From an uncultured Acidobacteriota bacterium (GTDB lineage: Bacteria > Acidobacteriota > Thermoanaerobaculia > UBA5066 > DATFVB01): a stretch of DNA of 64,000 nt. The notes below the pieces were generated by a model. That model did no database searches. It saw nothing but the letters and a program-made list of their open reading frames with translations, and was not told the origin of the DNA. A program made the translations under genes and the position numbers. Each line of letters starts with the position of its first letter. The stretch's first letter is position 1. The stretch covers positions 544,001 to 608,000 of the forward strand of contig CAWEYG010000003.1 in the NCBI GenBank assembly GCA_963813155.1, written 5' to 3'. Positions 31,604 through 42,193 of this stretch are shown one piece after another.

Positions 31604-33031
31604 TCAGGTCCGGTTCTTCCTCCGGCCGCCCGAATAACGCTGTTGCAGAAACGTGATGGTGGCCGCGATGCCGAAACCGGTCGCCCCCGCGGGGTAGCCG
31701 GCGCGAGCCTTCTCGAAATGGGCGGTTCCGGCGATGTCGCAATGAGCCCACGGCACGCCTTCGGGAACGAACTCCTTCAGGAAAGCTGCGGCCGAGACCG
31801 TCCCGCCCCATCTTCCGCCGGAATTCTTCATGTCCGCGTAGTCCGAGCGGAGCAGGTCCCGGTACTCGTCCCAGAGCGGCAGCCTCCAGAAGCGGTCGCC
31901 GGTTTTCTCGCCTGCCGCGATCAGGTCGTCCGCGAGGGAATCGTCGTTGCTCATCAATCCGGCGCACTCGTTTCCGAGCGCGACGACGACGGCGCCCGTC
32001 AGCGTCGCATAGTCGATCAGGACGTCGGGGTCGAGCTTTTCGGAATAGGACAGCGCGTCGGCGAGGATGAGACGTCCTTCCGCGTCGGTGTTGTCGACCT
32101 CCACGGTCTTGCCGTTGCGCATCCGGAGGATGTCGCCCGGGCGGTACGAAGTGCCGGACGGAATGTTTTCCGCGAGGGGCGTGAGAGCCGTGATCGTCAC
32201 CGGGAGCCTCATCCGGTGCGCGGCCCGGACGATCGCGAGCGCGGTCGCCGCGCCCATCATGTCGAACTTCATTTCGCCCATCGAAGCCGCGGGCTTGATC
32301 GAGATGCCGCCGGAATCGAACGTGATGCCCTTGCCGACGAGCACGACCCGAGCCCGGGAGCTCTTCGGGCGGTGGGAGAGGACGAGGAAACCGGGCGGGC
32401 GCGAGCTGCCGGAGGAGACCCCCAGCACGCCGCCCATCTTTTCGCGGACGATCTCCGCCTTGGACAGGGACCGAAAAGCCAGCCCTTCGCGCCGGGCGAC
32501 CGCCCCCACGATCGCGGAGAGCTGGCGCGATCCGAGATCGTTGGCGGGCGTGTTCCCCAGGTCGCGCGCCCACGCCGCGACTTCCGCGACGACCGAGGCC
32601 GTTCGGACCTCCTCGGCGGAAAGCCGAGCTCCCGGAAAGTCGATCGCCAGCGTCAGGCGCGGCGGACGTTCCTTGCGCCGGTACCTCTCGAACGCGTAGT
32701 CGCAGAGCGCGAGGTGCGGAAGGAGAGCGCGCGCGACACCGGCCGCTTCTTTCGAAAAGACGAACCGGGCCCGCGTCACGCCCCGCTTCTTCATCGCCTC
32801 CGCCGCCGACCGGGTGGAGGCCCGCAGAGCGGCGAGCAGTCTGGCTTTCGGCTTGTACAAATGAACGCAGCACGCGCCGCGCGACTCGACCCAGTAGGTC
32901 TCGCCTTCCGACCGGGGGATCCTCTTCCGGAGAGATTCGGGCACCGGGAGCGTCCCCGCGGCATACCCGGCGGGGAAGAAGAAATGCGTCTCGGGCTGTC
33001 TCTCGCTGTTGTCGATCTTCAGAGTCGCCAT
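31604..33031 (-). CDS. pepA: Leucyl aminopeptidase (M17)
   Basis: VGKGITFDSGG, MKFDMMGAA, NTDAEGRLILADAL. Confidence 0.93.
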   Translation of the reverse strand: MATLKIDNSERQPETHFFFPAGYAAGTLPVPESLRKRIPRSEGETYWVESRGACCVHLYKPKARLLAALRASTRSAAEAMKKRGVTRARFVFSKEAAGVARALLPHLALCDYAFERYRRKERPPRLTLAIDFPGARLSAEEVRTASVVAEVAAWARDLGNTPANDLGSRQLSAIVGAVARREGLAFRSLSKAEIVREKMGGVLGVSSGSSRPPGFLVLSHRPKSSRARVVLVGKGITFDSGGISIKPAASMGEMKFDMMGAATALAIVRAAHRMRLPVTITALTPLAENIPSGTSYRPGDILRMRNGKTVEVDNTDAEGRLILADALSYSEKLDPDVLIDYATLTGAVVVALGNECAGLMSNDDSLADDLIAAGEKTGDRFWRLPLWDEYRDLLRSDYADMKNSGGRWGGTVSAAAFLKEFVPEGVPWAHCDIAGTAHFEKARAGYPAGATGFGIAATITFLQQRYSGGRRKNRT

Positions 33032-33037
33032 TTCACC

Positions 33038-33739
33038 TCACAGAATTGCCGAGCTTCGAAAACGGTCGGCGAGCGTTTTTCCCCCGCGCGAAAAGTCGGG
33101 GATCGTCTTGTAGGCCTCGATGCGTCGCTGAAGATCGGCGACATCGCGGGCCGAAACCGCTCTTTCCCTCAGGCTCTCGAGGACGTGAAGGTAGCCCGAA
33201 ACGTCGTAGCCCGCCAGCGAGGCGAGCCGCGCGCCGCACGCGTCGAGAGTGGAGTCGACCGCCGGCTCCGTCTCTCCCGCGGCCTCCCGCAGGCCGCCCG
33301 GCTGCTGCTCGCGGCAGATCTCCCGCGACAGCGTCACCGCCAGATCCGCTTCCGAGGACATCACGAACAGCATTCCGCGCGACAGCACGACGAATCTCCC
33401 CGGCAACGACAGGGAATAAGGCACGTCGGACTGGGTGACCGCGAACCGGTACCGAACGGAGCCGGACACCCCGCCGGCCGCCGTCCGCCCCACGAGATTC
33501 ACGTAGCGCAGAAGGCGCCCGTCGGGCGTCAGGGGGTCGCGGGCGAACAGGCTCGCCGCCATCTCCCGGCCGGCTTTTTCGACGGCGGGGTCGCCGGCGG
33601 AAGGAGTCACGGCCGGGGCGGACGAAGCCGCCGGGGCCGGCGCGATCGCTCGGCGCACGGGCTGCGGGCTCGGAGAGGCGCAGGAACCCGCCGCCGCCAG
33701 AAGGATCGCCGCCGCGAGCAATGAGAGGAGACTCCTCAC
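33038..33739 (-). CDS. M48 peptidase-like lipoprotein lacking HExxH
   Basis: Lipobox-like AAAGSC; [41 protein letters not shown]. Confidence 0.6.
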   Translation of the reverse strand: MRSLLSLLAAAILLAAAGSCASPSPQPVRRAIAPAPAASSAPAVTPSAGDPAVEKAGREMAASLFARDPLTPDGRLLRYVNLVGRTAAGGVSGSVRYRFAVTQSDVPYSLSLPGRFVVLSRGMLFVMSSEADLAVTLSREICREQQPGGLREAAGETEPAVDSTLDACGARLASLAGYDVSGYLHVLESLRERAVSARDVADLQRRIEAYKTIPDFSRGGKTLADRFRSSAIL

Positions 33740-34368
33740 CGAGGACCCGGTTGAAATCGTCCGACCGCCCCCGCCCGCTCGAATTCGGACTGCTCGGCCG
33801 GCGCGATGACGACGGAAAAGAGCCGGTCGACGGCGGCGAAATCTGGAGTCCGGACCGGGCCAGCCTTCCGATTGCCGGGCGACTCCGGCTCGATTTGCTT
33901 CGGCGGCTCGAAGTCCGCCGGGCCGAACGTCGCCGGGGAGGCTTCCGAGCGGCGGAACTGATAGCCGGATCCGTCCGAAAGCACGAAATTCACGGCCGCC
34001 AGGCCGGTGGAATCGTAGCGATATTCGATGCGCGCCTTCCTCTTTCCCACGGGAACGTCCACCATCAGGACCGGCCGGCCGAGGTTGTCGGTCCGGACGT
34101 TTCCCTGCGGGCTGAGCGGCGCCATGAACGCGACGGCGCCGGCCGCCTCCTCGGGCAGATCGCCGTCGGAGTACCACTGCTTTCCGTCGAACACGAGGGT
34201 CTCGCGAAACGCCTCGAGACGCAGCTTGCCGCCGAGCGACTTCACGACCACGCTCTCCCGCGGCTTTCCCGCGAAATCGCGCGACCGAAACACGAGAACC
34301 GTCGGCGAGGCGGGGTAAATACCAAAGGTCGTAAGGAACAGTGCGCCGAGGAGAGAGAGGAACCCCAT
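33736..34368 (-). CDS. Hypothetical exported protein
   Basis: Hydrophobic N-terminus; stop overlaps the next start; -10 box upstream. Confidence 0.6.
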   Translation of the reverse strand: MGFLSLLGALFLTTFGIYPASPTVLVFRSRDFAGKPRESVVVKSLGGKLRLEAFRETLVFDGKQWYSDGDLPEEAAGAVAFMAPLSPQGNVRTDNLGRPVLMVDVPVGKRKARIEYRYDSTGLAAVNFVLSDGSGYQFRRSEASPATFGPADFEPPKQIEPESPGNRKAGPVRTPDFAAVDRLFSVVIAPAEQSEFERAGAVGRFQPGPR

Positions 34369-34404
34369 TCGCCACAGAATAGCAAAGGCCGTCTGCTAAA
34401 CTCA

Positions 34405-35302
34405 ATGCTCTTGAGAAAAGCTCTCGAATCGACCCTCCTGGCCGGGCTCGCTCCCGCGCGGCGCGGCAAAGTGCGCGACGTCTACGATCTCGGCGACACG
34501 CTGCTCATCGTGTCGACCGACCGCGTCTCGGCCTTCGACGTCGTGCTCTCGCCGGGAATTCCCGACAAGGGGAAAATCCTGAATCAACTTTCGAACTTCT
34601 GGTTCGACGCGTTTCCCGACGTCGAAAATCACCTCATCGAAACGGACGCGGGGGAATTCCCGTCCGCGCTCGCCGCTCACCGCGAGGTGCTCGCGGGCCG
34701 GGCGGTCGTCGTGAAAAAATGCGCGGTCGTCCCCTTCGAGTGCGTCGCGCGCGGCTATCTCGCGGGCTCGGGCTACAAGGACTACGTTCGCACGGGATCG
34801 GTGTGCGGAATCCCGCTTCCCCCGGGCCTTCGGCGAAGCCGATCGCCTCCCGGAGCCGATCTTCACGCCGGCCACGAAAGCGGAAACGGGACACGACGAG
34901 AACGTGTCGTTCGAAGTCCTGGCGAATGCGCTGGGCCGGGAGCGGGCCGCCGAGCTTCGGGACAGGACCCTCTCGCTGTATGCGAGAGTCCGCGCCGCCT
35001 GTGAGGCGAAGGGAATTCTCCTTGCCGATTCGAAGATCGAGTTCGGGGAGATCGACGGGCGGCTCGTCTGGATCGACGAGGCCTTCACGCCGGATTCCTC
35101 GCGGTTCTGGCCGGCGGAGTCGTACCGGCCGGGCAGCTCCCCCGCCTCTCTCGACAAGCAGTTCATCCGGGACTGGCTCGAGGCGAGCGGGTGGAACAAG
35201 ACGCCGCCGGCGCCGACCCTCCCGCGGACGTCGTCGAAGGAACGCGAGAGCAGGTATTTCGCGGCCTTTCGGAAGATTACGGGACGCGAGCCGGAGATCT
35301 GA
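34405..35302 (+). CDS. purC: SAICAR synthetase with a +1 frameshift near 34836 (probable sequence error)
   Basis: [27 protein letters not shown] in one frame; [27 protein letters not shown] in another. Confidence 0.9.
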
Positions 35303-35327
35303 AGCCTCGGCCGTCCGTCCCCCTCCG

Positions 35328-35894
35328 TTATCGCTTCACCTCGTAACGAAGCTCGACCATGCCGCTTCCGTAGGCCTTGACCTCCGCCAGATGGAGGGCG
35401 ACGTCTCGATCGAGTTTCTCGAAGAATCGGATCCCGTCGCCGATCAGAATCGGCAGGATCGAGTAACGCAGTTCGTCGGCCAGCCCGAGACGAAGGCATT
35501 CGGCGGAGAGCATTCCGCCCCCAACGAACCAGATGGAGCGAAACCGGGGCCGCAGGCGCTCGTTCACGAACTGCGCGAGGTCGCCCGAGGAGAGCTCGAC
35601 GCTCTCGCGGGTTCGCGGCAGCTCGCGATGGGTGAGGACGAAAGTCGGCTTGTCGCCGTACGACCACCCGAAACCTTTCGCCTCGAAATTCAATGCGGTC
35701 TCGTAGGTTCGCGATCCCATCACGTAACAGTCGATCGTCTTCAGGAACGCCTCGACGAAGCCGGGCTCCAGCTTCTCCCCGCCCTCGAACTTGTCCGAGG
35801 TCTCGAGCCAGTCGACGCTTCCGTCCTTTCGGGCGATGAAGCCGTCGAGGCTCGCCGCCATGTGGATGGTGACGCGAGAATCAGGGTTTGTCAT
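35328..35894 (-). CDS. Dihydrofolate reductase-like (RibD C-terminal) family protein
   Basis: AASLDGFIA, VMGSRTYE, WFVGGG, PILIGDGIRFF. Confidence 0.88.
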   Translation of the reverse strand: MTNPDSRVTIHMAASLDGFIARKDGSVDWLETSDKFEGGEKLEPGFVEAFLKTIDCYVMGSRTYETALNFEAKGFGWSYGDKPTFVLTHRELPRTRESVELSSGDLAQFVNERLRPRFRSIWFVGGGMLSAECLRLGLADELRYSILPILIGDGIRFFEKLDRDVALHLAEVKAYGSGMVELRYEVKR

Positions 35895-35906
35895 GCGGGA
35901 GCCTGC

Positions 35907-36293
35907 TCATTGGCCGGGAGGCGGCTGCCAGAGCTCGACCTTGTTACCCTCGGGATCCATGACCCAGCCAAACTTCCCAAAATCGGATTCGTCGATCTTG
36001 TCGAGCACGCTGCAGCCTTCTTCCTTCAAGGCCTTGAGCAAGGCGTGGAGGTCTTCCACCCGGTAGTTGACCATGAAGGAAGCCGAGCTCGGGGCGAAGT
36101 GATTGCTCTCCTGCGGATCGATCAACCAGGCGGTCGTGCCGCCAACCGGCTTGCCCTCGGCGTCGACCCAATCGAAGGCAGCGCCTCCCCAGCTCTGAAC
36201 GTCGATTCCCAGGTGCCGCTTGTACCAGGCCTGCAATGCCGGAGCCTCTTTGGCCTTGAAGAAGATGCCGCCGATGCCCGTGACTCGTCTCAT
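35907..36293 (-). CDS. VOC/glyoxalase family protein
   Basis: RVTGIGGIFFK, MVNYRVEDL, GKFGWVMDPEGNKVELWQP. Confidence 0.9.
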   Translation of the reverse strand: MRRVTGIGGIFFKAKEAPALQAWYKRHLGIDVQSWGGAAFDWVDAEGKPVGGTTAWLIDPQESNHFAPSSASFMVNYRVEDLHALLKALKEEGCSVLDKIDESDFGKFGWVMDPEGNKVELWQPPPGQ

Positions 36294-36462
36294 GTCGCCT
36301 CCTGTTCGTCGCGTGGGTGGGAGAAATGCTACCTCGAATTACTCCCGCTACAGCAACCCCATCGAGATCGACATGAATCTCGCGACGAGACTTTGAGGCT
36401 GGGAATCGTGAGAGCTCGTCAACGTCAGCCTTCCCGGCCGCTAGGGAAACGAGCGCCGCGTG

Positions 36463-38530
36463 TCACATCGCCAGCCCCACGTCGCCTTCGAGCACCGATG
36501 TCTTCAGCCGCGGACGCTCTCCGCCCTTCCAGAGTGCAGCCGTGTGTAAAACCCGATACCGGAGGGGCCCCCCGTCCGGTCTTTCACTGCGCGCGATGGG
36601 CCGCGGGATGCAGACAAACTCGGTGCGCATCTCATCGGCCGACAATTGCACCTTCGCGTAACCGTGTCCTCCCAGATCGACGAACTCGAGGTGCGGAGCC
36701 AGATCCGGGTTGGACAGCGACCGTGCGCGCTTGAGATCGAAGCTCCTGGCATATTCCAGGCTCGAGCGGACGCCGTGCTTGAGCAGCATGTTGTACGTCC
36801 AGTCGGGCTTCGCGCCGTCCGGCCGATCGGCGAGAAACAGCGGGCGCAGCGGATCGGTCTTGGACAAATTGTGCTCGGTGGCTTCCATGGTTCCTGCGCT
36901 CGAGAGCGAGGCGCCGACGAAGCTCAAGCCGACGGGATCGAATTTGCCGGGCGGCAATTGAGAAGTCGCGTAACCGGCCCAGAAGCTGTGGCGGTCTCCC
37001 GAGACGATGGCGAAGCCGGTGATCTTCGCATCCCGGATGAGGTCGTAGATCTCGGCGCGCTCGGTATAGGCCATTGCGTAATCGGGAGGGCTCATGGATG
37101 CATAAGTGTCCTTAGGCCAGGTTTCCTTGGTCAATCCAGGGGGCAGGTTCTGCGGATCGCTTCGCCCATCGAGCGCGCCTTCCGAATTGCCCCAGATCTT
37201 CCACGTGGCGGTCGACTTGCGCAGCTGATCCTTGAACCACGCTTTTTGCGTTGCGCCGAGAATGGTCTGCGGAGGCCTATCCTTCTGCGGGTTTGGGACA
37301 TGCGCATCGCCAAAGCCGACTTCGGCCGGCGGATTGCCGCCGTTGAACGCGCGACCGCCGTCGAGCACCTGCATCAAGGTTTCCGGCGACATGTCGGTGA
37401 ACTCTTCGCCGCCGAGCCTGTTGAGCGAGGGATCGCTAAACGGGTCGGCGCTGCGGTAGCTGTGCTGGTCGGTAATGATCAGATCGAGATGCTTGCCGTA
37501 GCGGAATGTGCGGTAGCCGATCAGGCTGTTGATCGCTGCGAGATTGTTCGGCTCGTCGCCAAGGCCGTTCTCGTCCCACTTCTCGATTGCGACATTCGTC
37601 ACCTGCGGGCGGATCGAAGCTTTCGAACGAGGGTCCGCTGACTTTCTTGCAGCGCGAGGGGAGGTATTCCCACCATGCCTGGTTGGCGGCGACTTTGATG
37701 TTTTGACCCGGTCGAGAGATGCCGCCAGCTTGCTGGATGCTTTGCCAGCCCTGCCACGAGAATTCGTGGTTGTCCCACATGGCGACGAACGGCCAGCGCG
37801 CGCGGGCGTCCTGGAGGTCGGGATCGGCGAGATAGCCTTTGTAAACGGCCCGATAGCCGTCGACCGTCAGCGGGAAATGAAAATGGCCAACCTGGCCCCC
37901 GTCCGGGATGCGCGCGACCTCGTAGATCGTGCGGTCGTAGCGCGTCTTCGTCTCGTCGGGATACTCGACCACCTCGTAGATGAAATCACCCAGGTGCAGA
38001 ACGAAGCCGAGCTGTTGGGCGGCGGGAGCGCGTTCATCTTCGTAAATCATCCGGCGATAGGCGTTGAGCTTGCCCTCGTTGACATCCTGACAGCTCACGA
38101 ATGTGAAGTTCACCGTTCGTGGATCGCCTGGCAGCGGCGCGGTGATCGTGCGGCCGACCCGGCTGCCGTTTCCGTCGGCGTCGGTGAACCGATACCAGTA
38201 AGCGCGCGCCGGCTTGAGTCCGCCAATCAGAACGCGCGCGGTCCAGTCCGCGGCGCTGGAGACCGGCGCCTGCGCGTGCGCAACGACTCGGCGGAAGGCC
38301 TCATCCTCGGCTACCTCGACGGTCAGGAGCTGGCGTGTGTCCTGGGCGAACGGATGCCTCGTCCACAGGATGACGCTGTGCGCATCGGGATCGCCCGAGG
38401 CGACCCCCTGGGGATAGAGATCACGCCGCTCATTCCAGTGGGCACGCGAACCTCGAGCCGGCCCGGCCCATGCGAGCGAAGCACCCATTGCGGCTGCAGA
38501 TTTGAGAAAGGATCGGCGGCTAATCTTCAT
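36463..38530 (-). CDS. phoD: Alkaline phosphatase D family protein (Tat signal) with a +1 frameshift near 37607
   Basis: SRRSFLK twin-Arg motif, GVASGDP, LHLGDFIYE, WDNHE in 37436..38554; VSGDRH in 36463..37602. Confidence 0.85.
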
Positions 38531-38698
38531 CGTCTCACTCCGTCCGGGCGGCAAGTTGCGTCACTCAGGATTCGGACGCAAGCGCCCGCCAAGACAAGTA
38601 CGTACTCTACGCTCGTAAGTTGGGGCGTTGCTGTCAGAATCCTGCGATGATAGATGGTAAGAACGCTACTACCCTAACCCCGTTTCAGACACTCGTGC

Positions 38699-39040
38699 TC
38701 AGGACTGCGGGTCGAACCCGAAGACGCGCAGCTCTTGGTCGCAGCGACAGGCCTTCGCGATGCGCGCGGCCCACGCGACGGCCTCCTCGCGCGAGGGCAG
38801 TTCGAGCACGGTGAAGCCGCCGTCAAGCGGGGGCGCCCATGGGTAGCCGCCCTCGGCGACTGCTCCGTCTGCTGCGACGAGAACGGGCGGCACGCCTTCG
38901 TCGATGCCGCCGCCGAAGACGTAGACGCCGGCGGCTTTCGCCTCGTCGATCACGGCGTGCGCGTCGCGGCCCACCGCCTCCCACTCGCCTTCGGGCACGA
39001 CCATCGCCGCGCTTGGAAAGGAGATCAGGTACTTGGCCAT
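38699..39040 (-). CDS. YciI-family protein; most distal cassette-like gene
   Basis: AGVYVFGGG, GGFTVLELPSREEAVAWA; SD GGAGGAG; begins 46 nt after the GTTAGGC core of attC 39086. Confidence 0.8.
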   Translation of the reverse strand: MAKYLISFPSAAMVVPEGEWEAVGRDAHAVIDEAKAAGVYVFGGGIDEGVPPVLVAADGAVAEGGYPWAPPLDGGFTVLELPSREEAVAWAARIAKACRCDQELRVFGFDPQS

Positions 39041-39085
39041 GGTGCTCCTCCTGGGAATTGATGGCGGTCGTGAAGCCTGTGTGCG

Positions 39086-39145
39086 GCCTAACGACGCGCT
39101 TCAGCGGTGAGCGAACCGACATCACGCTGTATGCCGGTGTTGCCG
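39086..39145 (-). repeat. attC site 1
   Basis: Plus strand GCCTAAC-GACGCG-CTTCAGCG...CGCTGTATG-CCGGT-GTTGCCG. Confidence 0.7.
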
Positions 39146-39603
39146 CGGGATTTCTCGGTCCCGTGTGAGGCCCGACCAGTACGGACGATCTCGTCGCGCT
39201 GGTGCGCCGATCGCACGAAGCCACCCCGACGCGGGCGGAATCGTTGGGGCGTGGGACGAACTCCGAAGCGCCGGGGTGCGACGGATTCGCGAGGAAGGCC
39301 GAACCCTCACGGGCGAGATCCGAACCGGCTTCGCAACTCGCTGAAGAGGCGACGGATGCCCGCGTCTGGTGCGGGATTTCGAAGTTCTCGTGGGCGAGCC
39401 GACGTTGACATCGGCGCGGGCAGTTCGGCCGAGCACTGCCAGCAGCGTTCTGGCGGCGGCATGCATCAGACGATCGGCGAAGGTGTCGTCCCGCGGCGCT
39501 CCGATTCGAGGCCTCGGCCGCGAACAGCCAATCGGCGGCCGATCCTGCTCCTTTCGGGCAAACCTTCGAGCACTGAGATAGCCTTTTCGAGCTTCGTGGT
39601 CAT
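39146..39603 (-). pseudogene. Decayed type II toxin-antitoxin cassette (antitoxin plus RelE/ParE-like toxin)
   Basis: Frame-shifted fragments MTTKLEKAISVLEGLPE, ADWL, ESERRxDDTFA, then KSRT, IRRLFSEL, FLANPSHPG, SARVG, RAIG, DEIV, YWxGPH. Confidence 0.6.
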
Positions 39604-39639
39604 CGGACCTTGATTTTACCACCAGGCCAACCCTTCCGC

Positions 39640-39703
39640 GGCCAACGCCTTGCGCCTCAGCGGCGGAACGAAGCGACGTCCGCTGCACGCCGGCGTTTTA
39701 TGC
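39640..39703 (-). repeat. attC site 2
   Basis: GGCCAAC...CTCAGCGGCGGAACGAAGCGACGTCCGCTGCACGCCGGC-GTT(TT)ATGC. Confidence 0.7.
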
Positions 39704-40092
39704 GTGCGCGTATCCCCTCCGAAGAAGCACGATCACCGCCTGGCACTTCGCGCCGTGTCGCCGAGGCCGCGGGCTAACGCATGTTCGCGCGCTTTCTCAA
39801 CGCCTGCAATCAGATTTGGAACCGGAAAATCGACGTCTCGCGCCGTCTTCGTGAGGTCATAGGCGCGGTCAATCGCGAAGGTGAGGTGTTGTTCGACAGC
39901 TGCTGAGAGAGAGCCGGGCGGCCGTTAAAGGCTGCAAGCGCGGCCTGGCAAGAACCAGCGGCGAGCGCATTCGCGATAAGCCTGCGCGAGTCCTGCAAGG
40001 CCGCCTCACGGCGCTTGCCAAAAGTCATTCCAGCCGCGAAGCCAACCGCGAGAATGGTTGCCGCGAGCACGAAACGGGTAGGTCCGGTTCAA
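39698..40092 (-). pseudogene. Frameshifted cassette gene with an N-terminal membrane anchor
   Basis: ORF 39810..40070 (LAATILAVGFAAGM) continues in another frame (FAIDRAYDLTKTARDVDFPVPNLIAGVEK) toward attC 2. Confidence 0.45.
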
Positions 40093-40097
40093 CGCAC

Positions 40098-40158
40098 TCC
40101 CCACGATTCGGCGTCAGCGGTGGGGCGCAGCGACATCCGCTGCACGCGCATGTTATGC
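40098..40158 (-). repeat. attC site 3
   Basis: TCCCCAC-GATTCGG-CGTCAGCGG...CCGCTGCACG-CGCAT-GTTATGC. Confidence 0.75.
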
Positions 40159-40520
40159 CCCCGCACTCTCACCATTCTCGATTCCCTTCAGGAGTTCCTG
40201 AGCAACGGCTCGGTCGTCGGTTGTCACCTGAATCTCGACCGGGCCGACGAATAGGGTTATAACTCAAGCCCGATTCGCCCCCACGCGAAGAAATCCTGAA
40301 GACCCTCATATTTGGCGAGGAACTGAATTCCGGCGTCGCGAAACACGGACTCGATGACCGGGAGAAGCGCAGCGTTTCCGGTCGTGTACACCGTGACCAG
40401 GTCGGGATGATGACCTTGCTCCTCCTCGGCCTCCGGCGCCCCCGTCACGAGAGGAACATGACACTCCGCGCACTCGGTAAAGCCCGGCCGGTATTCGTCG
40501 CCGCAATTCGGACAAATCAT
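40153..40520 (-). pseudogene. Zn-ribbon plus DUF2007-like cassette gene, frameshifted near 40255-40270
   Basis: MICPNCGDEYRPGFTECAEC...DAGIQF; shifted C-terminus VGPVEIQVTTDDRAVAQELL ends with TAA inside GCATAAC of attC 3. Confidence 0.65.
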
Positions 40521-40565
40521 CTAGCCACGCGTCTTCAGGGACGCCGCTCCGCCGCCGACGAACCG

Positions 40566-40790
40566 ACAGGCTGAATCCCGCAGCGTAAATGAGGAGCTTC
40601 GCCAGCGCTATGAACCGCGCGCCGCCGGGCGCGGAATTCCAGATCCAGGACCTCGTGTCTCCGAGCGCCAGCCACAGTCCCACCGGCGACGACAACCAGA
40701 CGGTGGAACACTGAATATGATTCCGCTAGGGCGACGGTTAGGAAGATAGACAGACACCGAGGGCGTGCAGACGCGAGGACCAGAACACAT
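40566..40790 (-). pseudogene. Small membrane protein cassette remnant
   Basis: Fragment GLWLALGDTRSWIWNSAPGGARFIALAKLLIYAAGFSL; boundaries approximate. Confidence 0.35.
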
Positions 40791-40795
40791 CACCT

Positions 40796-40857
40796 GCCTA
40801 GCACCGGCTTCAGCGGCAAGGCCGCAGGGCGACGTCCGCTGCAAGCCGATGTTCGGG
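40796..40857 (-). repeat. attC site 4
   Basis: GCCTAGC-ACCGG-CTTCAGCGGC...GTCCGCTGCAAG-CCGAT-GTTCGGG. Confidence 0.7.
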
Positions 40858-41789
40858 CCTGCGGATTCTACAGTATTCCTCGATGGGCCGGCTCTCATGC
40901 CAGCCCTTTGCCTCTCCGAGCGCTCTGACGATGGGTCGAACAGCATACGAACGCTGTCCATGGGCGAGATAGACGCGAACGTCGAACCGAAGCGTTCGCA
41001 GGCCAGCGACAAGATCGTGGTACGTCGTGTCGTCGGTCGCGAAGTCGGCGTAGGCAAGCAGATTGAGGTTCATGGACGCCTCGCCGATACGTTCGAGCCT
41101 TCGATTCCACTGCGCCGGCGATCCACCCAGGGCCTTCGATTTTGCCTCTGCGCGCATCCGCGAGCGGTTTCCAGGGCGGCTTCGATTCCGGGCGCTTGCA
41201 CTACGAGGCCCCTCCGTCGCCCAGGCTCCTGGACCTCGGTAAGCTGGAACTCGAACACCTGGTCCGCTGCCTTCAGCCGGAAATCGACGTCTGTGTCGAG
41301 CGCATCGTTGACCACCGGCAAGGCCGCTCGGCGCCGAAGCCCGTGGGCGAAGAAGCAGGCCGGCAGCTTGCCACGCCATAGCTCGCCGAGCGAGCGACGG
41401 CAGCCGGTGCGCCGATGTTCGACGGCCTCGATTCATTCTCGATCCGGGGCGCCAGCTGCGCCGGCGACGAAGACGGCTCCGACGACCTATGGCCCTGCTA
41501 GCCTGGGCGAAAAGAAACGCAGGTCCAACGGCTGCGAGGGCGATCAGCGCAGAATTCAGACGTGACATATCGAGTACCGGTTGAGCATCGAGGGGAAGAG
41601 GCGACCTACGGCAGCCTTTGAAACCAGCGAGGTCGGGACCGCGAGAATCGATGCGACCCCGTAGGACTGCGCAACCTTTCCGCGAAGTATGCCCAAGCGA
41701 CGGGAGTCACGACTCTCTGTCGGACCACAGCATATGCCCCAACCACGATGAGAAAGATCATGCCGCACCCTGGAACGTGGACGGGCCGC
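40858..41789 (-). pseudogene. One or two decayed cassette genes (a membrane protein remnant and a hypothetical protein)
   Basis: Protein-like fragments in several frames: MIFLIVVGAYAVV, NSALIALAAVGPAFLF, DVDFRLKAADQVFEFQLTEVQEPGRRRG, LNLLAYADF. Confidence 0.4.
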
Positions 41790-41848
41790 CAGCAACGATT
41801 CGGCGTCCGCGTTGGTGCGCACGACATCGCTGCAAGGCGATGTTATGC
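41790..41848 (-). repeat. attC site 5
   Basis: CAGCAAC-GATTCGG-CGTCCGCG...CGCTGCAAG-GCGAT-GTTATGC. Confidence 0.7.
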
Positions 41849-42193
41849 CCGCGCGGTCGATGCATGCGATAGCTCCTTGCGGATGCTTTCCGCCAGACCT
41901 GGGAGGTTCTCAGCCAGGTGTTCGCGGCTGAACATGTTCCCCGCGAAGCCGGGGTGATTTGTGGCGCCGAAAATTTCCCGGCCATCGTGGGTGACCACGA
42001 ATTCCATGTCGGAATATTGAATCTCAAGCGATGAACCGCCGGATCGAAATGAGAGAGCGAAGCCGCCCTTGAACGACTCAGGCGCCACTATCTTGCGACC
42101 CGCCATCTTGAACCCGGAAGGGGCCAAAAACGCAAAGGCGCTGACCGTCTGCTCAGCAAGCTGTTCAACAGCGTTCATGATTCTCGCGGTCAT
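41843..42193 (-). CDS. Cassette-encoded hypothetical protein
   Basis: 116 aa ORF filling the space between attC 5 and 6; TAA inside GCATAAC; alternative start at 42178. Confidence 0.7.
   Translation of the reverse strand: MTARIMNAVEQLAEQTVSAFAFLAPSGFKMAGRKIVAPESFKGGFALSFRSGGSSLEIQYSDMEFVVTHDGREIFGATNHPGFAGNMFSREHLAENLPGLAESIRKELSHASTARA

Noticed and set aside
31604-33031. PepA as a recombination accessory factor for the nearby array
   Set aside because: PepA assists Xer recombination at cer/psi, not integron recombination; the gene lies outside the island.
34825-34845. Programmed ribosomal frameshifting in purC or the other split genes
   Set aside because: No slippery heptamer or stimulator is evident, these genes are not known recoding targets, and sequencing error is the simpler explanation.
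35328-35894. Trimethoprim-resistance dfr cassette
   Set aside because: Motifs fit the RibD C-terminal reductase family rather than DfrA/DfrB, and there is no adjacent attC.
38672-38698. CCCTAAC downstream of the YciI gene as a possible attC core or IS end
   Set aside because: No partner core, no stem and no second terminal repeat found.
41523-41586. GTCCAAC...GTTGAGC pair with attC-like spacing
   Set aside because: No complementary L boxes and no similarity to the local attC family; it lies within a probable coding remnant.
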